From: Paecilomyces variotii
Taxonomy: Eukaryota
Assembly (NCBI GenBank): GCA_004022145.1
Contig: RCNU01000013.1
Length of the DNA: 64,000 bases
Strand: one strand, 5' to 3'
Below the pieces are notes generated by a model, which was not told where the DNA came from, ran no database searches, and saw nothing but the letters and a program-made list of their open reading frames with translations. Below, one piece after another: positions 39,491 through 51,663 of this stretch. The position numbers and the translations under genes are program-made. Position 1 is the stretch's first letter; the number at the start of each line of letters is the position of its first letter.

Positions 39491-41542
39491 TTAAGTTGTA
39501 GATGGTGCTAAAGGGATTTGTGCATGAGCTTCTTCAGCCGGCCTCGCCTCAGAAGGCTTCTCTTCGTTAGCCTGAGGCTGTTCTTTGACAAGCGGCTCTC
39601 CAGCAGGCATTGCTGGCTTGACTTCTTGCTCTTGCAGATTCTTGGGGGTAGTCTCCTGTGGGATCTTTTGAGGCTCGACCTGCGTAGCCTCGTTGGCAGC
39701 AGCATTCTCAGAAGGAGTCTGCGTCGTGCCGTTTTCCAGTCCGGGGCTGCTTAGCTTCTTCCCCTTGCCGTATCTGAGCTGCACCACGAGACTTGGGTTT
39801 TCTTCACCGTTCGCCAATTCATCCTGACTGAGATTTTCATCGTCACCGTCGAACTCATGGTCCTCTTCTTCTTCGTCGTCCCCGCCTTGCCATTCGTTGC
39901 CGCTCGATGCGCCGTCTGACCCCTCGTCCATCTCGTCATCGGAGTCTCCATACCGGTTTGCTCTAGAAGACCAACCGTTACGAGTACGTCTACCAGTCTC
40001 ACTGCTGTTTTGCGCGGCAGAGGCGTCATCGTCACGGCGTTGCCCGCTCAACATAGATTCGCCGTAGATGCCTCCAGCTCGAGTGCGTACTTGTCGCCCG
40101 CTCGCCGTGAATGTCGGTCCTGCAGGTTCACCGGGCGTAGACACCCCCGAAGCGTTCCGCGTTGACCGGCGCGTGCTTGGAGGGAGACCATCTGAGAAAA
40201 TGTCCTCATCATCAGAGTAGGTGTACTTCAATCTTTTTCCACGAGTGCGGCCCTCGTAGAGGGAGAAACCAGGCTCTGGCCGAGAGAAAGCAGCTTTCCG
40301 GGCCAGGCGATAGTCGCGGCGTCTGCGTTTCTAGACCCATTGTCTCAGTAAAGGATAACAATTGCGAGACGAACCATCTTACCTCTTCAGAACCTTCAAA
40401 ACGGGGTATAGCAAGTCTGATCTTCTCACTCAGCCTTTTTGATTGTTGAGATCTGTCTTTCTCTAGTTTATCCGCCACTGCCTTCAATTCGTCGATGGTG
40501 CCCGCGACACTCCACCAGGTGTTGGTCTTCAGCGCCGGATTGCTCTCCCTATATAGTCTAAAATGGGTGTCGTCAAGACCTTCTATAAGCCAATACCGCC
40601 TCTTGAGATCATCGCTTCCCCAAGGCTGGACAGACAAGGGCTGGTTCAAGTCATCGTCACGACGCGACTGCTTGTATGATTCCTTGATTTTAGCCTGAAC
40701 CGCATCAGAGGATGACAAAGACCAGAGAATTAGGGTCTTCAACAATCGCAACTAGTAATCATTAGAGCGTGCGGTATTTTCGGATGGGAGATGGTGGGCA
40801 GCGTACACGTTCTTCTGGGGACATGGTCGCAAAAGTGCGCCCGCCATGAAGGGGGTTCTTTCCTTCCCACGCCCGCGGCCACTGAGAGACATGAGTTTGA
40901 ACTGCTTCCTCAAGGGCACGCTGGAAATGGCCTCTCCTGCGCGTTGCAAAAACATATTAGCTCACTTCTGCATCTTAATGCTTCGGATGAAGCCGTGAGA
41001 AGCTCGAATTCTCCCCCGCCGGTGAATGCTGGTTGCTGAAGGAAAGGTGGCGACCATACTCAACATCTTTCTTCCTGTTCAACACCAAGCCCAGTAATGC
41101 GCAAAGTAACCTCTCTATGTGATCTCCAGGTGTTATATCTGCGACACCTCTCTCAATATCCTGAGGACCGTAGTGTGGTAGTGATCGAGGGAACACGTCG
41201 TGGAAACGCGCGCGGAACATGACGATGAACTGCGGAAAATGCGACGGGTAAGCAAGCGCGTGAAAGGACTCAGCTGCGCGTCGAAAAGCTCCAAACAGCG
41301 CAGTGAGAGCACATTGGATACCTAATACTCACGGCGATATCTGGATTGTCTGCCAGAACATATTCGTGCGGTGGTGAAGCAGGGCGTTTGGGCGGCGGCG
41401 GAGATTCTGGAGACGGACCCTTCTTGAAGTACTTCTGGATGCCAACAGGCTGTTCCACAGCTTGGAAGATGGACTCATCGTCTGTCGGCGGTGCTGATGA
41501 CAGCGAGGATAGATCCGAGTCTGAAAGTGACATCTCAGTCAT
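39491..41542 (-). CDS. WHIM1-type chromatin protein (possible ISWI accessory factor), multi-exon
   Basis: PPHEYVLADNPDIAFIVMFRARF, FATMSPEER-LRLLKTLILWSL, QPWGSDDLKRRYWLIEG, SLYEGRTRGKRLKYTYSD; acidic C-terminus. Confidence 0.82.
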
Positions 41543-42043
41543 GGTGGTTGGTTATATGGTGATGATGTTGCTGCGGAGGAAGTTGGGCGAGCCCGCACGG
41601 CAGGAAGTCTGGAGCACTGATGCTACAATAAGCGCGGCTATCACGCGCGTGGCTTGTCTACAGGAAGCAATGACATACTACGACATGATCGGCGCCAAGA
41701 TACTATGGGACTTCTCATTCAATCTATCTAAACCACCATATATGCCCGCATAAACCTCCATCTCTGGATCTAGCACAGGAATAATGGTCAATTGGGCAGC
41801 GAGAGCGACAAGGAAGAACAGCGTAGCAGCCAGAACCCATGCAGCGCGAAGCAAAAACAGAGTAATTCACAAATTTTTGTGGCTTCCTTGACGAATGCGC
41901 AGGAAGCCTAATGAAACTATCCTCTACACAGAGGAGCTCCAACGGCCCTGGATTAAATGGTCAGCGCGACAGCAGCTGAAAGGCGGAACCAAGGAAGAGA
42001 AAGGCATAGGGACCCCTAAGTTAGCTCAACCACAAACATTTTC

Positions 42044-42751
42044 TCAAATCCACTTCGCATACAAATCATGTAGCATCTGGAACACCTGATTCATCTCATC
42101 CTCGGGATAAGCATGGCCTTGATGGATAGACTCTTGCCAGGCTTCAATAATGAGATTGCACAGTTCAATCATGGCTGTCTTGACTTTCGGATAATGGTTC
42201 CTTACTCTGGCCCAGACGCGAAGACACTTCAAGTCCCTCTTGAGGTTTAGAGAGAAAATCACTGTTTCAGGAACTTTTCCGATTTCTTGGTCGAATATAC
42301 TCGGCGATATTTCATATCCGACCTCGAAACAATTCTGCATTCGATAGACTCTTGGAGGATCTCGAATTTTGTAGTAATTAAGAGCTTCCAGATCCCGAAA
42401 TATATTGGCTCCATGTACCAGTTGATTCCGTTCCACTCTTTCTTCCAAAGTGGCATCTTGGTCAATATTGAGGTTAAGTAGCTCTATTGAACGAACGAGC
42501 ATTGCATCGGCATGTAAAGAATCAAGGTACGAAAGGGAATCGAGGCCTTTCTGATTTCTCACTCTCCTCAGGGATGGCTCCATTTCAGTAAACAGGTCTC
42601 CAATTAGAAAGGCCTGAAGGTTTGTCTCGTCTTCCTGTTGTATAACGCATATGTGCTTTATAACAATGCCTGTCCAGTTCTTTATATCAGTCAACTGAAA
42701 TTTTGAAATGGAAGCGATAATAAGCCTTACTGCATTTTGTTCATCCGACAA
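42044..42751 (-). CDS. Orphan helical protein; 5' end unresolved
   Basis: 235-codon open frame (open to about 42826) in AT-rich DNA with protein-like composition; no ATG or splice model resolved. Confidence 0.5.
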   Translation of the reverse strand: MSDEQNAVRLIIASISKFQLTDIKNWTGIVIKHICVIQQEDETNLQAFLIGDLFTEMEPSLRRVRNQKGLDSLSYLDSLHADAMLVRSIELLNLNIDQDATLEERVERNQLVHGANIFRDLEALNYYKIRDPPRVYRMQNCFEVGYEISPSIFDQEIGKVPETVIFSLNLKRDLKCLRVWARVRNHYPKVKTAMIELCNLIIEAWQESIHQGHAYPEDEMNQVFQMLHDLYAKWI

Positions 42752-43516
42752 TATTTTGCAGCTACTTTCCCCTTTCCAGGGTTTTCTCGCTTCGTCGACG
42801 TCATGGTGATGCCTGGAAATGAAGATTCAATGAGAGTCCTGATATAAGAGTAATATACGTAAAGATACTGTTGCCTGTAGAAGAAAAGTGATGAAAGAAG
42901 ACTGCAGAAGAGTTCTCATGGGAATAATGGCTTGGTGGAAGCGGACAGCAGTAGATTCACTTTGTTTCTTCCGGACCGGCCCTGTGAATGATAACGCCTT
43001 CCTATATTGATAACAAAACTTATAGACGAGTCATTCAACCCCCACCAAGGGCACTGGGGATGCCATCAGAAATCATGAAACAATCCGAATAGAATCGTTC
43101 GAGTCATGATGACCGTAACTAGACATTCAGTATTCATGACCCACAAAACCTATTGTGAACAGTGAATTAATCGCAGAATCCCAAGGCCAAGTCCAACAGC
43201 CCGTGGACAAGAGCAATCAGCAACGATGCATCACCAAGACGATAGACATACTTAACGCGCGAGGTCCGGCGGCGGCTGGTCGTGACTTCGCGTACGCCCA
43301 AAGGAGCCGCGCGGGAAACGGCAACCCGCGCTAGCGCCAACTCGGCTAGATTAGCGATCCCACCCTAAAGCCCACACAGCCCTTTTCGTCGCGAATTCAC
43401 AACTCCAACCGACCAGACCATCTTCAATTTCAGGTACGAGCACTTCAATTCTTCTCCAACCTCGTCGGCGGTTGACGTTCGATACTAACCACCAGGACAC
43501 CATATAGACAGCCGCC

Positions 43517-44481
43517 ATGGGTCGCGTGATCCGCAACCAGAGGAAGGGTCGTGGATCCATTTTCAGTGAGTTCGACCGCAGCAGCAATCTCGAAAATTGA
43601 TCCCAGATCGAGGAATACTGATGAATCTGCTTTTCAGCGGCCCACACCCGTCTCAACAAGGCGCCAGCTCAGTTCCGTACCCTCGACTACGCTGAGCGAC
43701 ATGGATACATTCGCGGCATCGTGAGAGAGATCATCCACGACCCCGGCCGTGGTGCTCCTCTCGCCAAGGTCTCCTTCCGCAGCCCTTACAAGTACAAGGA
43801 TGTCACCGAGACTTTCATCGCCAACGAGGGCATGTACACCGGTCAGTTCGTCTACGCCGGAAAGAACGCCGCTCTCACCGTCGGCAACATCCTGCCCCTG
43901 GGCTCCGTTCCTGAGGGTACCGTCGTCACCAACGTCGAGGAGAAGGTCGGTGACCGAGGTGCTCTCGGCCGTACCTCTGGTAACTACGTTACCGTCATTG
44001 GTCACAACCCTGAGGATGGCAAGACCCGTGTCAAGCTTCCTTCTGGTGCCAAGAAGGTCATCAAGAGCGATGCTCGTGGTATGATCGGTATCGTTGCTGG
44101 TGGTGGTCGTACCGACAAGCCTCTGCTGAGTACGTTTTTCTCCCTATGTTATAAGGAAAAATGGCAGTGGGATTGGGACTAATATCCGTTGACAGAGGCC
44201 TCTCGTGCCAAGCACAAGTTCGCTGTCAAGCGCAACAGCTGGCCCAAGACTCGTGGTGTTGCCATGAACCCCGTCGATCACGTAAGTTTCCTCGATTCCC
44301 TTTCAGGCAGGCTATGGGTATCTAACCACCTTTTCTTTTACAGCCTCACGGTGGTGGTAACCACCAGCACATTGGTAAGGCCTCGACCATCTCCCGCTAC
44401 GCCGCCCACGGTCAAAAGGCCGGTCTTATCGCTGCCCGGAGAACCGGTCTGCTCCGTGGTACCCAGAAGACCAAGGATTAA
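43517..44481 (+). CDS. RPL2: 60S ribosomal protein uL2, 4 coding exons plus a probable 5'-UTR intron (43434-43495)
   Basis: [61 protein letters not shown]. Confidence 0.98.
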
Positions 44482-46250
44482 ACCTGATATGGTGTGGAGT
44501 TTGTTTTGTGACGGGTTGAAAATGCTCTTCTGCTACGAAGCATATGTACTTAGGCGACTGTGGACAGCTACCCACGCGTCCTTAGTGAGCAATCAAATAT
44601 GTGGCTAAAAATTTTTCATCAATGTCAATGATAAAGTCGGTTATTCGTCACGAATTCGTTTCACCAAGGTATTGATCCCATTCTTCTCTGGATCGGCTGG
44701 ATCGGTCTCGTCGATTCCTCTTTGTTCTGATTCTCGCCAACGACTCGGTCGAGGCCTCCTTCACGCAGAACGTGGCACGCTGTTAGTCACAATGCATCTC
44801 TTGATGCTTACGACTTATCCGGGGCACCGTTATTGGTAATGTAGCAGCGATTATAGACGCAATGGGTAGTGGAACTTCCTGCTTGTGTTCCATATCCTGC
44901 TAGAGTTGGTCAATGTAAAACGGCTGTAAATCCCTGGCATATTGTACCTGTCGCAACATCCCTCTGGACCTAATTGATCCAGTTAGCGAATGAGCTTGAT
45001 TTCCTCGTGAGGGGATTTAGGATTTTGATATACATGTTCAATCGGTGATTCCTTCCATCCAACGAGATAATCAATTGGAACAATGGGCGACAGACTTATC
45101 CCTTCGCTAGCGCTCGGCGATATATTAAAGACAATAGCCAGCAGATTCCTCTGATTGGTTATTTTTGAACCCATGTCAGCTGAGTCCTCGTTCTACTCGG
45201 GGGACCGAGACGATAGCCCTGGAGACGATCTATGGCTCTGAATAGTGGTTAGCGCAGAATTGCTGAGCAACTCAGCAATCACGAAGCTTTGGGAAGAAAG
45301 GCTGATAGACTATAGTACTGTCCAATATGTTCAATCGATTACAAATGTGCGGAGTGACATTGCTTTGGTGGTAGAAATCATAGACACGCGAGCTACTGCG
45401 GTTACTATCGCGTAATGCAGGTTAGGGGTTGACCAACTAGCATTTTGTCTTTCTTGGTGGTCGAATCTCCATTGCTTGTTTTGTCGAATCCTGAATTGTA
45501 CAGTCTGATTCGAACCATCTTGAATTGCTCGCTTGCTTCTAGTTCGGGTTGAACATATATTTATCTCTATAGCATACAAAGAGTCTGCTTATTTAGTAGG
45601 CTCTACCCTATGATTATAATATCAAGAAACCTGCTGGAAACGGACAATTGACAGATCACCTAGACGTACGCTTTGTGAGCAGACATGTTTGATGTTCTAT
45701 TTATCAATTGTCAAATTCTTGCCCTTGCGAAAGGGCTCATGTCCGGGAACATTCACGTGCTAGACTTGGTTGGGATCAATGTTTGTTGTTGGATATAATG
45801 TTCTTTCTCTTCTGCTGGATATTGTTTTCTGTATTGCTTGCATGGTTGTTATTGGCATTACTTAGGTCAATCTTTCCCTCACATTTGAATATATATATGT
45901 ATATAGTGCATGTGCTGGTATAGCGTCATCGCGCGATAACGATCAGAGTTCCATCATCCCACCAAGTCTAATCAACAAAACAAGTAGAAATCACTAGATC
46001 AAGATGATAATACCTGCACGAAGGAAAGCGACCTTGCCATTGAGTGCCACTGATCCATGCGTTCAACGCTCAATCGATCTTGCCGCCAAAGTGACCAATC
46101 AGAGTTCTCAAATGGGGATTAGCGCTACGGAGGCGTCGTGCAGGAATCATGTATCGCGAGACGTCTGTTATCTCTTCTTGCCAGCGGTTGATATCTCTTT
46201 TCTCGATTATTCGATTCAAGAAAAGAAGGATTATCTGAACATGATTCACA

Positions 46251-47117
46251 ATGAAGACCGCAGGTGTTGAAAAGGCACCTCTTCCACGGCTGCCCCGCCT
46301 ATCTGCCCATTCACCATCCACAGCCTCAGCGCGCTGGCAGGCTATTGTCAATCGAGACAGCACCGTGCACACCTTTGTCTACGGCGTTCGCACGACTCGT
46401 ATCTACTGTCGACCATCCTGTCCTGCACGGCTGGCCCGTCGAGCCAACGTCGAGTTCTACGATTCTCCCATACAGGCTGAGGCGGCTGGCTACAGACCGT
46501 GTAAACGGTGCTGTCCGCAACTCCATGTGCGCGTTGACCCACACATTATGTCTGTGCAGAAGGCGTGTGAGACGATTTCCTCCACGTGCGACTCAGGGGA
46601 GAAGCTGACGCTCTGCAAACTGGCAGCGGAGGCTAAGCTTTCTCCTAGTCACTTTCACCGCGTGTTCAAGAAGTATGTTGGCGTCACTCCTGGTCAGTAC
46701 GCGATGAATATCCACAAAAGATATACTCGAGTCGAGAAGGAGCCGCCAGGGACTGAAATGATGAGTAATGACCACGGCAGGGTTCGTCCATTAGAGAATA
46801 ATGGCGAAGGGATTGATCTTGTTCATAACGTGGGCCACGGGACGGATGTGACCCTCGATAATGAGATAGATTGGAACATGTTTGACTTTGATTCCATCAT
46901 GAGTGCGGAGGACTCCAGATTAGGATGGGACTTCCTAAACGGTCTGTGGCCGCCTGTCATAGACATTCCTGAGACAACCCAGATGATCGTTGGAACGGGC
47001 AGCAACTGTCCTGCCGCGGAATCTGTCAGCCATTCCGGTGATGCTGTTAGTGCGGTAGGATCACGGCAGGAGCTAGATATATTCGAGTTTTTAGAAGACT
47101 CGATGTATCAGACATGA
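46251..47117 (+). CDS. Ada/AdaA-like methylphosphotriester methyltransferase and transcriptional regulator (Ada Zn-binding domain plus AraC HTH)
   Basis: FVYGVRTTRIYCRPSCPAR..NVEFY..AEAAGYRPCKRC retains all four Zn-liganding Cys; HTH LAAEAKLSPSHFHRVFKKYVGVTPGQY; acidic C-terminal tail; intronless. Confidence 0.92.
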   Translation: MKTAGVEKAPLPRLPRLSAHSPSTASARWQAIVNRDSTVHTFVYGVRTTRIYCRPSCPARLARRANVEFYDSPIQAEAAGYRPCKRCCPQLHVRVDPHIMSVQKACETISSTCDSGEKLTLCKLAAEAKLSPSHFHRVFKKYVGVTPGQYAMNIHKRYTRVEKEPPGTEMMSNDHGRVRPLENNGEGIDLVHNVGHGTDVTLDNEIDWNMFDFDSIMSAEDSRLGWDFLNGLWPPVIDIPETTQMIVGTGSNCPAAESVSHSGDAVSAVGSRQELDIFEFLEDSMYQT

Positions 47118-48772
47118 TTTGCGCACGATCTATCTAGATACTCCGTACGTTGCTGGACCTTCAATTTCCCCGAGATGACACAAGGGATTCTCGACGATCG
47201 GCCAGATCTCCCACCGGCCTGCGTAATCCCTGTCGCAGTCGAGTTCATCCTGTTGAGAAGGGACCCGGACCTCTGGATACTAATACATATTATTCCTCTA
47301 CAGAGTAATATCGATTATGTTCGAAAACAATAGTTAAGCTGGTCTATATACGGTATTTGTGCGACTTAACGAGGACCATGCGGTGTGTGTTCGTGTGCAT
47401 ATGGTACGGATAGCCACCACCCTAGGCCTAGAGTATCTGGATTCTGGACCCGATCTTACCCTTCATCATGGCCTAGTAGGCCTGCTCACATACGGAGTAG
47501 ATTTCTCCTTAGACTAATCCACTGCTCGATCTGCACCTGGGGGGCTGTGCATGCATGGATGGCCTCCGCAGTGTATCAGTGGGAGTTCTGAACTTCTGCG
47601 AGACCCAGACGTTCTAAAATCGGCCGGTTCTGAAGGTTCTACGGCACCAACAACAGCCTTAGGTTTTCGATAAGATGTTAGCGCCCGTTGGCTCTAAATT
47701 CCCACGCACACATGCTGTTTCAGAAGGCGCCGAGTCGAGTCTCACAAAGTTGAATGGAGTTAAAACTTCAGAAGTTCAGGGCCCTCTGGAGTTTGGATAA
47801 CCATTCAACTAGCACCATTAGCGGTTTCTGTAAATAGCTGGCGATCCGTGGTAAGAGAGAGAGACCTCCAGAGGCTTCTTGGGGGGAACATTGGAGCCAG
47901 GGTCCACCGACGGCCCATGAACGCGTGTCAACGTCTTTCTTTTGCCCGGTTGGGATCATTCTGGTGGCGGTTGATTAAATGATGATTAGAGTCTGCGACG
48001 GTTGGCTAACATCCTCTGTCGGGTTTCAGGTACAGGCGCTATCTATCCTCATCTTCGTCACCCCACCTCCATCGAACGAGCTGCTCAGCAATGCCAGCAC
48101 GCGCCCTCTTTCTCCAGCTCTTCCGACAGGGAGTAAAAACCCCACGGCCATCCGCTTGGCAGGGAAGAAGGGGGATTCCTGCTGGCAGGAAAGATCGCTC
48201 TGTGTCCCGTGTGGCGCACCTCCCCAAGCGTCGTATCCTTCCAGGCCCGGGTGCACATCATGATCGCGACAGCTCCTGATTGGGGATGTCGTCTTGTCTC
48301 GGTTGCGTGCCATTCCTCGAAGTCAAAGCCAAATCCCCAAGGGAACCACAGCCACTTATTAAACCTGCGGATACTCCCTCTGAATGCTAGCGTAGTCTTT
48401 TGTCGCGAGCTATTGTCGCTCTCTCAGTCTCTTGGATCCCATAAATATTTTTTGTTGATGGTAATGAGATTGTTTAGACTCTCATTGTCCCATCACTAAG
48501 ACATTCCTCACTCATCCATCCAACCAACCAATACCGCTCGTTTGCGCTGCTTGAAGCAGCCATACTGCCAGATCTCGCAACCACGCGACACCTGGTCTTC
48601 CCTAAAGCCAACTGGACAGATTGAAGCAGTATTATTATTATTATTTTCACTTGGCCTGAACAAGTGTATTCTCGACAGACGTTTCGCATCGCTTGATTCT
48701 ACGATTGCCCATTGCGACTGCGTTCCTCATCAGTGCCGCTAGAGGGCGATTCCATAACACCAGCCATACACA

Positions 48773-50310
48773 ATGATTGTCAACAAGAAGTTGGACCGCT
48801 TCAAGCAATGGGCGGGCGAGAAGATGGGCGGAGAGGCTAAGACCAACCTCTCGGATGATTTCAAAGCTCTCGAGACAGAAATGGCTGTGAGACAAGAAGG
48901 TATGAGGGCGCATATTGAATACGCCTGGGGGTCTACAGCGCTGACACTCAGAAAAGGATTGGAGCGCATGCACAAGGCCATGACCGTCTATATCAAAGCT
49001 ATCTCGAAACGAAGCGAAGGCGATGACAAGGAGAGAAACTTGCCTATCGGATATATGGGTGGCAGTATGGTCGCCCATGGAGGCGACTTTGACATGTACT
49101 CGGAGTTTGGACAGTGCTTGAGCTGTAAGAATCTTAACGACTCACCATAAGCTCCCTTCTCATGAACCCGTGATTCTGACAAAGTTCTTATCTAGTGTTC
49201 GGACGGACACAGGAACGGATAGCCCGTATCGAGGAGAGCTACATTGCGCAGGCCACATCCACCTGGCTGGAGTCGTTGGAACGGTCACTGACACAGATGA
49301 AAGAGTACCATGTATGTGACGTCGATGAAGTTTGATTACTCTGGGTCTGGGGACTGACAGATTCGGGAAATACAGAATGCTCGTAAGAAGCTTGACACAC
49401 GGCGACTGGCGTACGACGCCTCCCTCGCGAAGATGCAGAAGGCGAAGAAAGAGGACTTCCGCGTCGAGGAAGAACTGCGTACACAGAAGGTTAAATATGA
49501 AGAAGCCAGCGATGATGTCTATCGCAGAATGCTGGACATCAAAGAATCCGAGCCCGAGAGCGTGGCAGACCTCACCGCATTCATGGATGCTGAGCTGGAG
49601 TACCATGAGCGGTGTCGCGAAGCGCTCCTGCAACTGCGGAACGATTGGCCGGCTAGGTAAGTGCAGTTTTATCTCTACAAGGCGTTCTATAATAATGCTG
49701 ACTTCCAAATAGTCAACAAGGTCGAGCACCAAACCCCGGAGGCCGTCGCCCTGGACGCCCGCGCGCGAATACAGCGCATTCGTACCAGGAAAGGTATGAA
49801 CCGGTGGAAGAGGAACCTGTGCTCCAGACACACCGTCCGTCTCTCAGATCGATGGGAACGCCATCTTCCAACAGCGTGATGGAATCGCCCAATGACTCTT
49901 ACTCGACCGACTACGCATACCAGAGGCCTGTTTACTCTTCCACGCCTTCTTTCGAAGGGCCCACACAGCTGCAGGGAGATCAGTCGCCTGCTCGGATGTC
50001 CCGGGTAATCAACGACAACACAGCCATCCGCTCAACCCGCTCCTCGCTGCGCCCCGTTAGCAAGGTCTATGTTGATCCCTACGCGGATTCGGCAGACGAG
50101 GCTGGCTCGTACAGTACCACGAGCCCTCTGTCTACCTCCCCAGCCGCATCACATGGAAGCGTCATGTCTCGCAATCCCAGCTCTACGACGTTGAACGGCG
50201 CTGGCATCATTAAGAAGGGACCACCTCCACCGCCGCCTTCCCGTGCAAAGAAGCCTCCGCCACCACCGCCACCCATGAAGAGAAACCTTGTTGGTGCTGG
50301 CGCCTACTAG
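48773..50310 (+). CDS. BAR-domain protein with Pro-rich C-terminus, about 5 exons
   Basis: N-BAR-like start MIVNKKLDRFKQWAGEKMG..TNLSDDFKALE; ARKKLDTRRLAYDA; EEELRTQKVKYEE; poly-Pro tail. Confidence 0.9.
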
Positions 50311-51663
50311 TTTGGATAACTCATCGGATGGAAATAATGCGTGGAGTTTGGGAGTTCATAGATACACGATGGTGGATTCTATTTAGGGTCTTGGTAATTT
50401 TCTTCGTCTTTCCTCCGCTCATCAGCTCTCCTGTTCGTGGTGAAGAATAGTGATATTGACCTCTGAGGAGGTGTCAAACCCACAGGGCAATAATGTCTTT
50501 TGTGTGGACTGCTGTAAATCTCTTTTCTGCTGGAGGGGTAGGATCAGTAATTAGATATTTATAGGAACAGGATTAAAAAGGGCCGTGAGCCGATTTGCGA
50601 ACCAAGGATAGTAATAATTGGTATTCCTAAGCATTTTAACAATGACTCAACTCACTCGAGTCGGGGGATATTGCATATTGCACAAACACCTTCATCTGAG
50701 GACTTTTTTTTTTTTTTGAACGAGCTAGTGGACAGAGTAGGGGCCACTTTTCGCGGGTAATATTAACCTGCAATAACTGCTGCAACACTCGTTCTATCAA
50801 CCATGAACCGTTCTGACGTGGAGGAATGTCCTAGTCGACTCCCCAGAGACGCTACCCGAAGGACCCGCGTGGGCGATCGAAGATCGAGACTATCGGCCCA
50901 AATGCAGAGCCCCAGACCGCCTGGAGCATAACCCGTGACGGCGACAAGTCGCTAGGAGAAAGGATAAACAAACGTCGAGTCCTCAGCGTCCGGCTTGCGT
51001 CAAAGCTCACGCTCACATCGACCTCACACCCTGTAGAATCCAGATAGACTGTAGAAATCCCCAGTGGGATCGACTCTGCCCGGCCAAGCCCAATGCGGCG
51101 ACAGGCAGCTGAGTCAGCAGGCTGCTCACGTGCCTAGTGCGAAATCTTCTTTCAACGTCTCGCCGCCTGCCTCCTCTCGTTCACAGGCACAGGCTGAGCA
51201 CAGCCAAGTTCATCCGACCAGGACGGAACTTGTCGCGACGGCCACCCCCCCCCTCCATCCCCAGTTCATCCGTCCAAGGCTTCAACGCGCTTCCCCAACG
51301 CGACCCTTCATTGTAGGGCGCATTTGGTCCCTGCCATTGCGCCTCTCCTCTCCTTGGCCGCTCCTCCCCTTCCTTCCCGGGCGCCGTGAGTTCCTCTGCC
51401 GACCGGGCAACAACGAGACTCCATCCGCCAAGCATCCAGATATCAACCTCTGCTTGTCGCATTCATCGTCAAACGGAGCCCGCCGCCCCGCCATAGCAAC
51501 AAAGCCACGCGTAACATCGCTGGACAGGCGCGACTTGTCCTCCGCTGCCGCTGACGGTCCTTTCCACGCGTTTTCCTTCACCTGGCGCGGTCACTCTTGC
51601 CGCTGCTTCTTCGACAGTACAGGCGTCCGCCTGCTCATGACTGACGGCCAGACGCGCTAGACC

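Noticed and set aside
51064-51660. 198-aa ORF and apparent uORF MTDGQTR* just before the snf21 ATG
   Set aside because: GTGAGT (51386), a CTGAC branch site and TAG (51660) define a probable 5'-UTR intron that removes the uORF; the long ORF has a GTG start and no domain.
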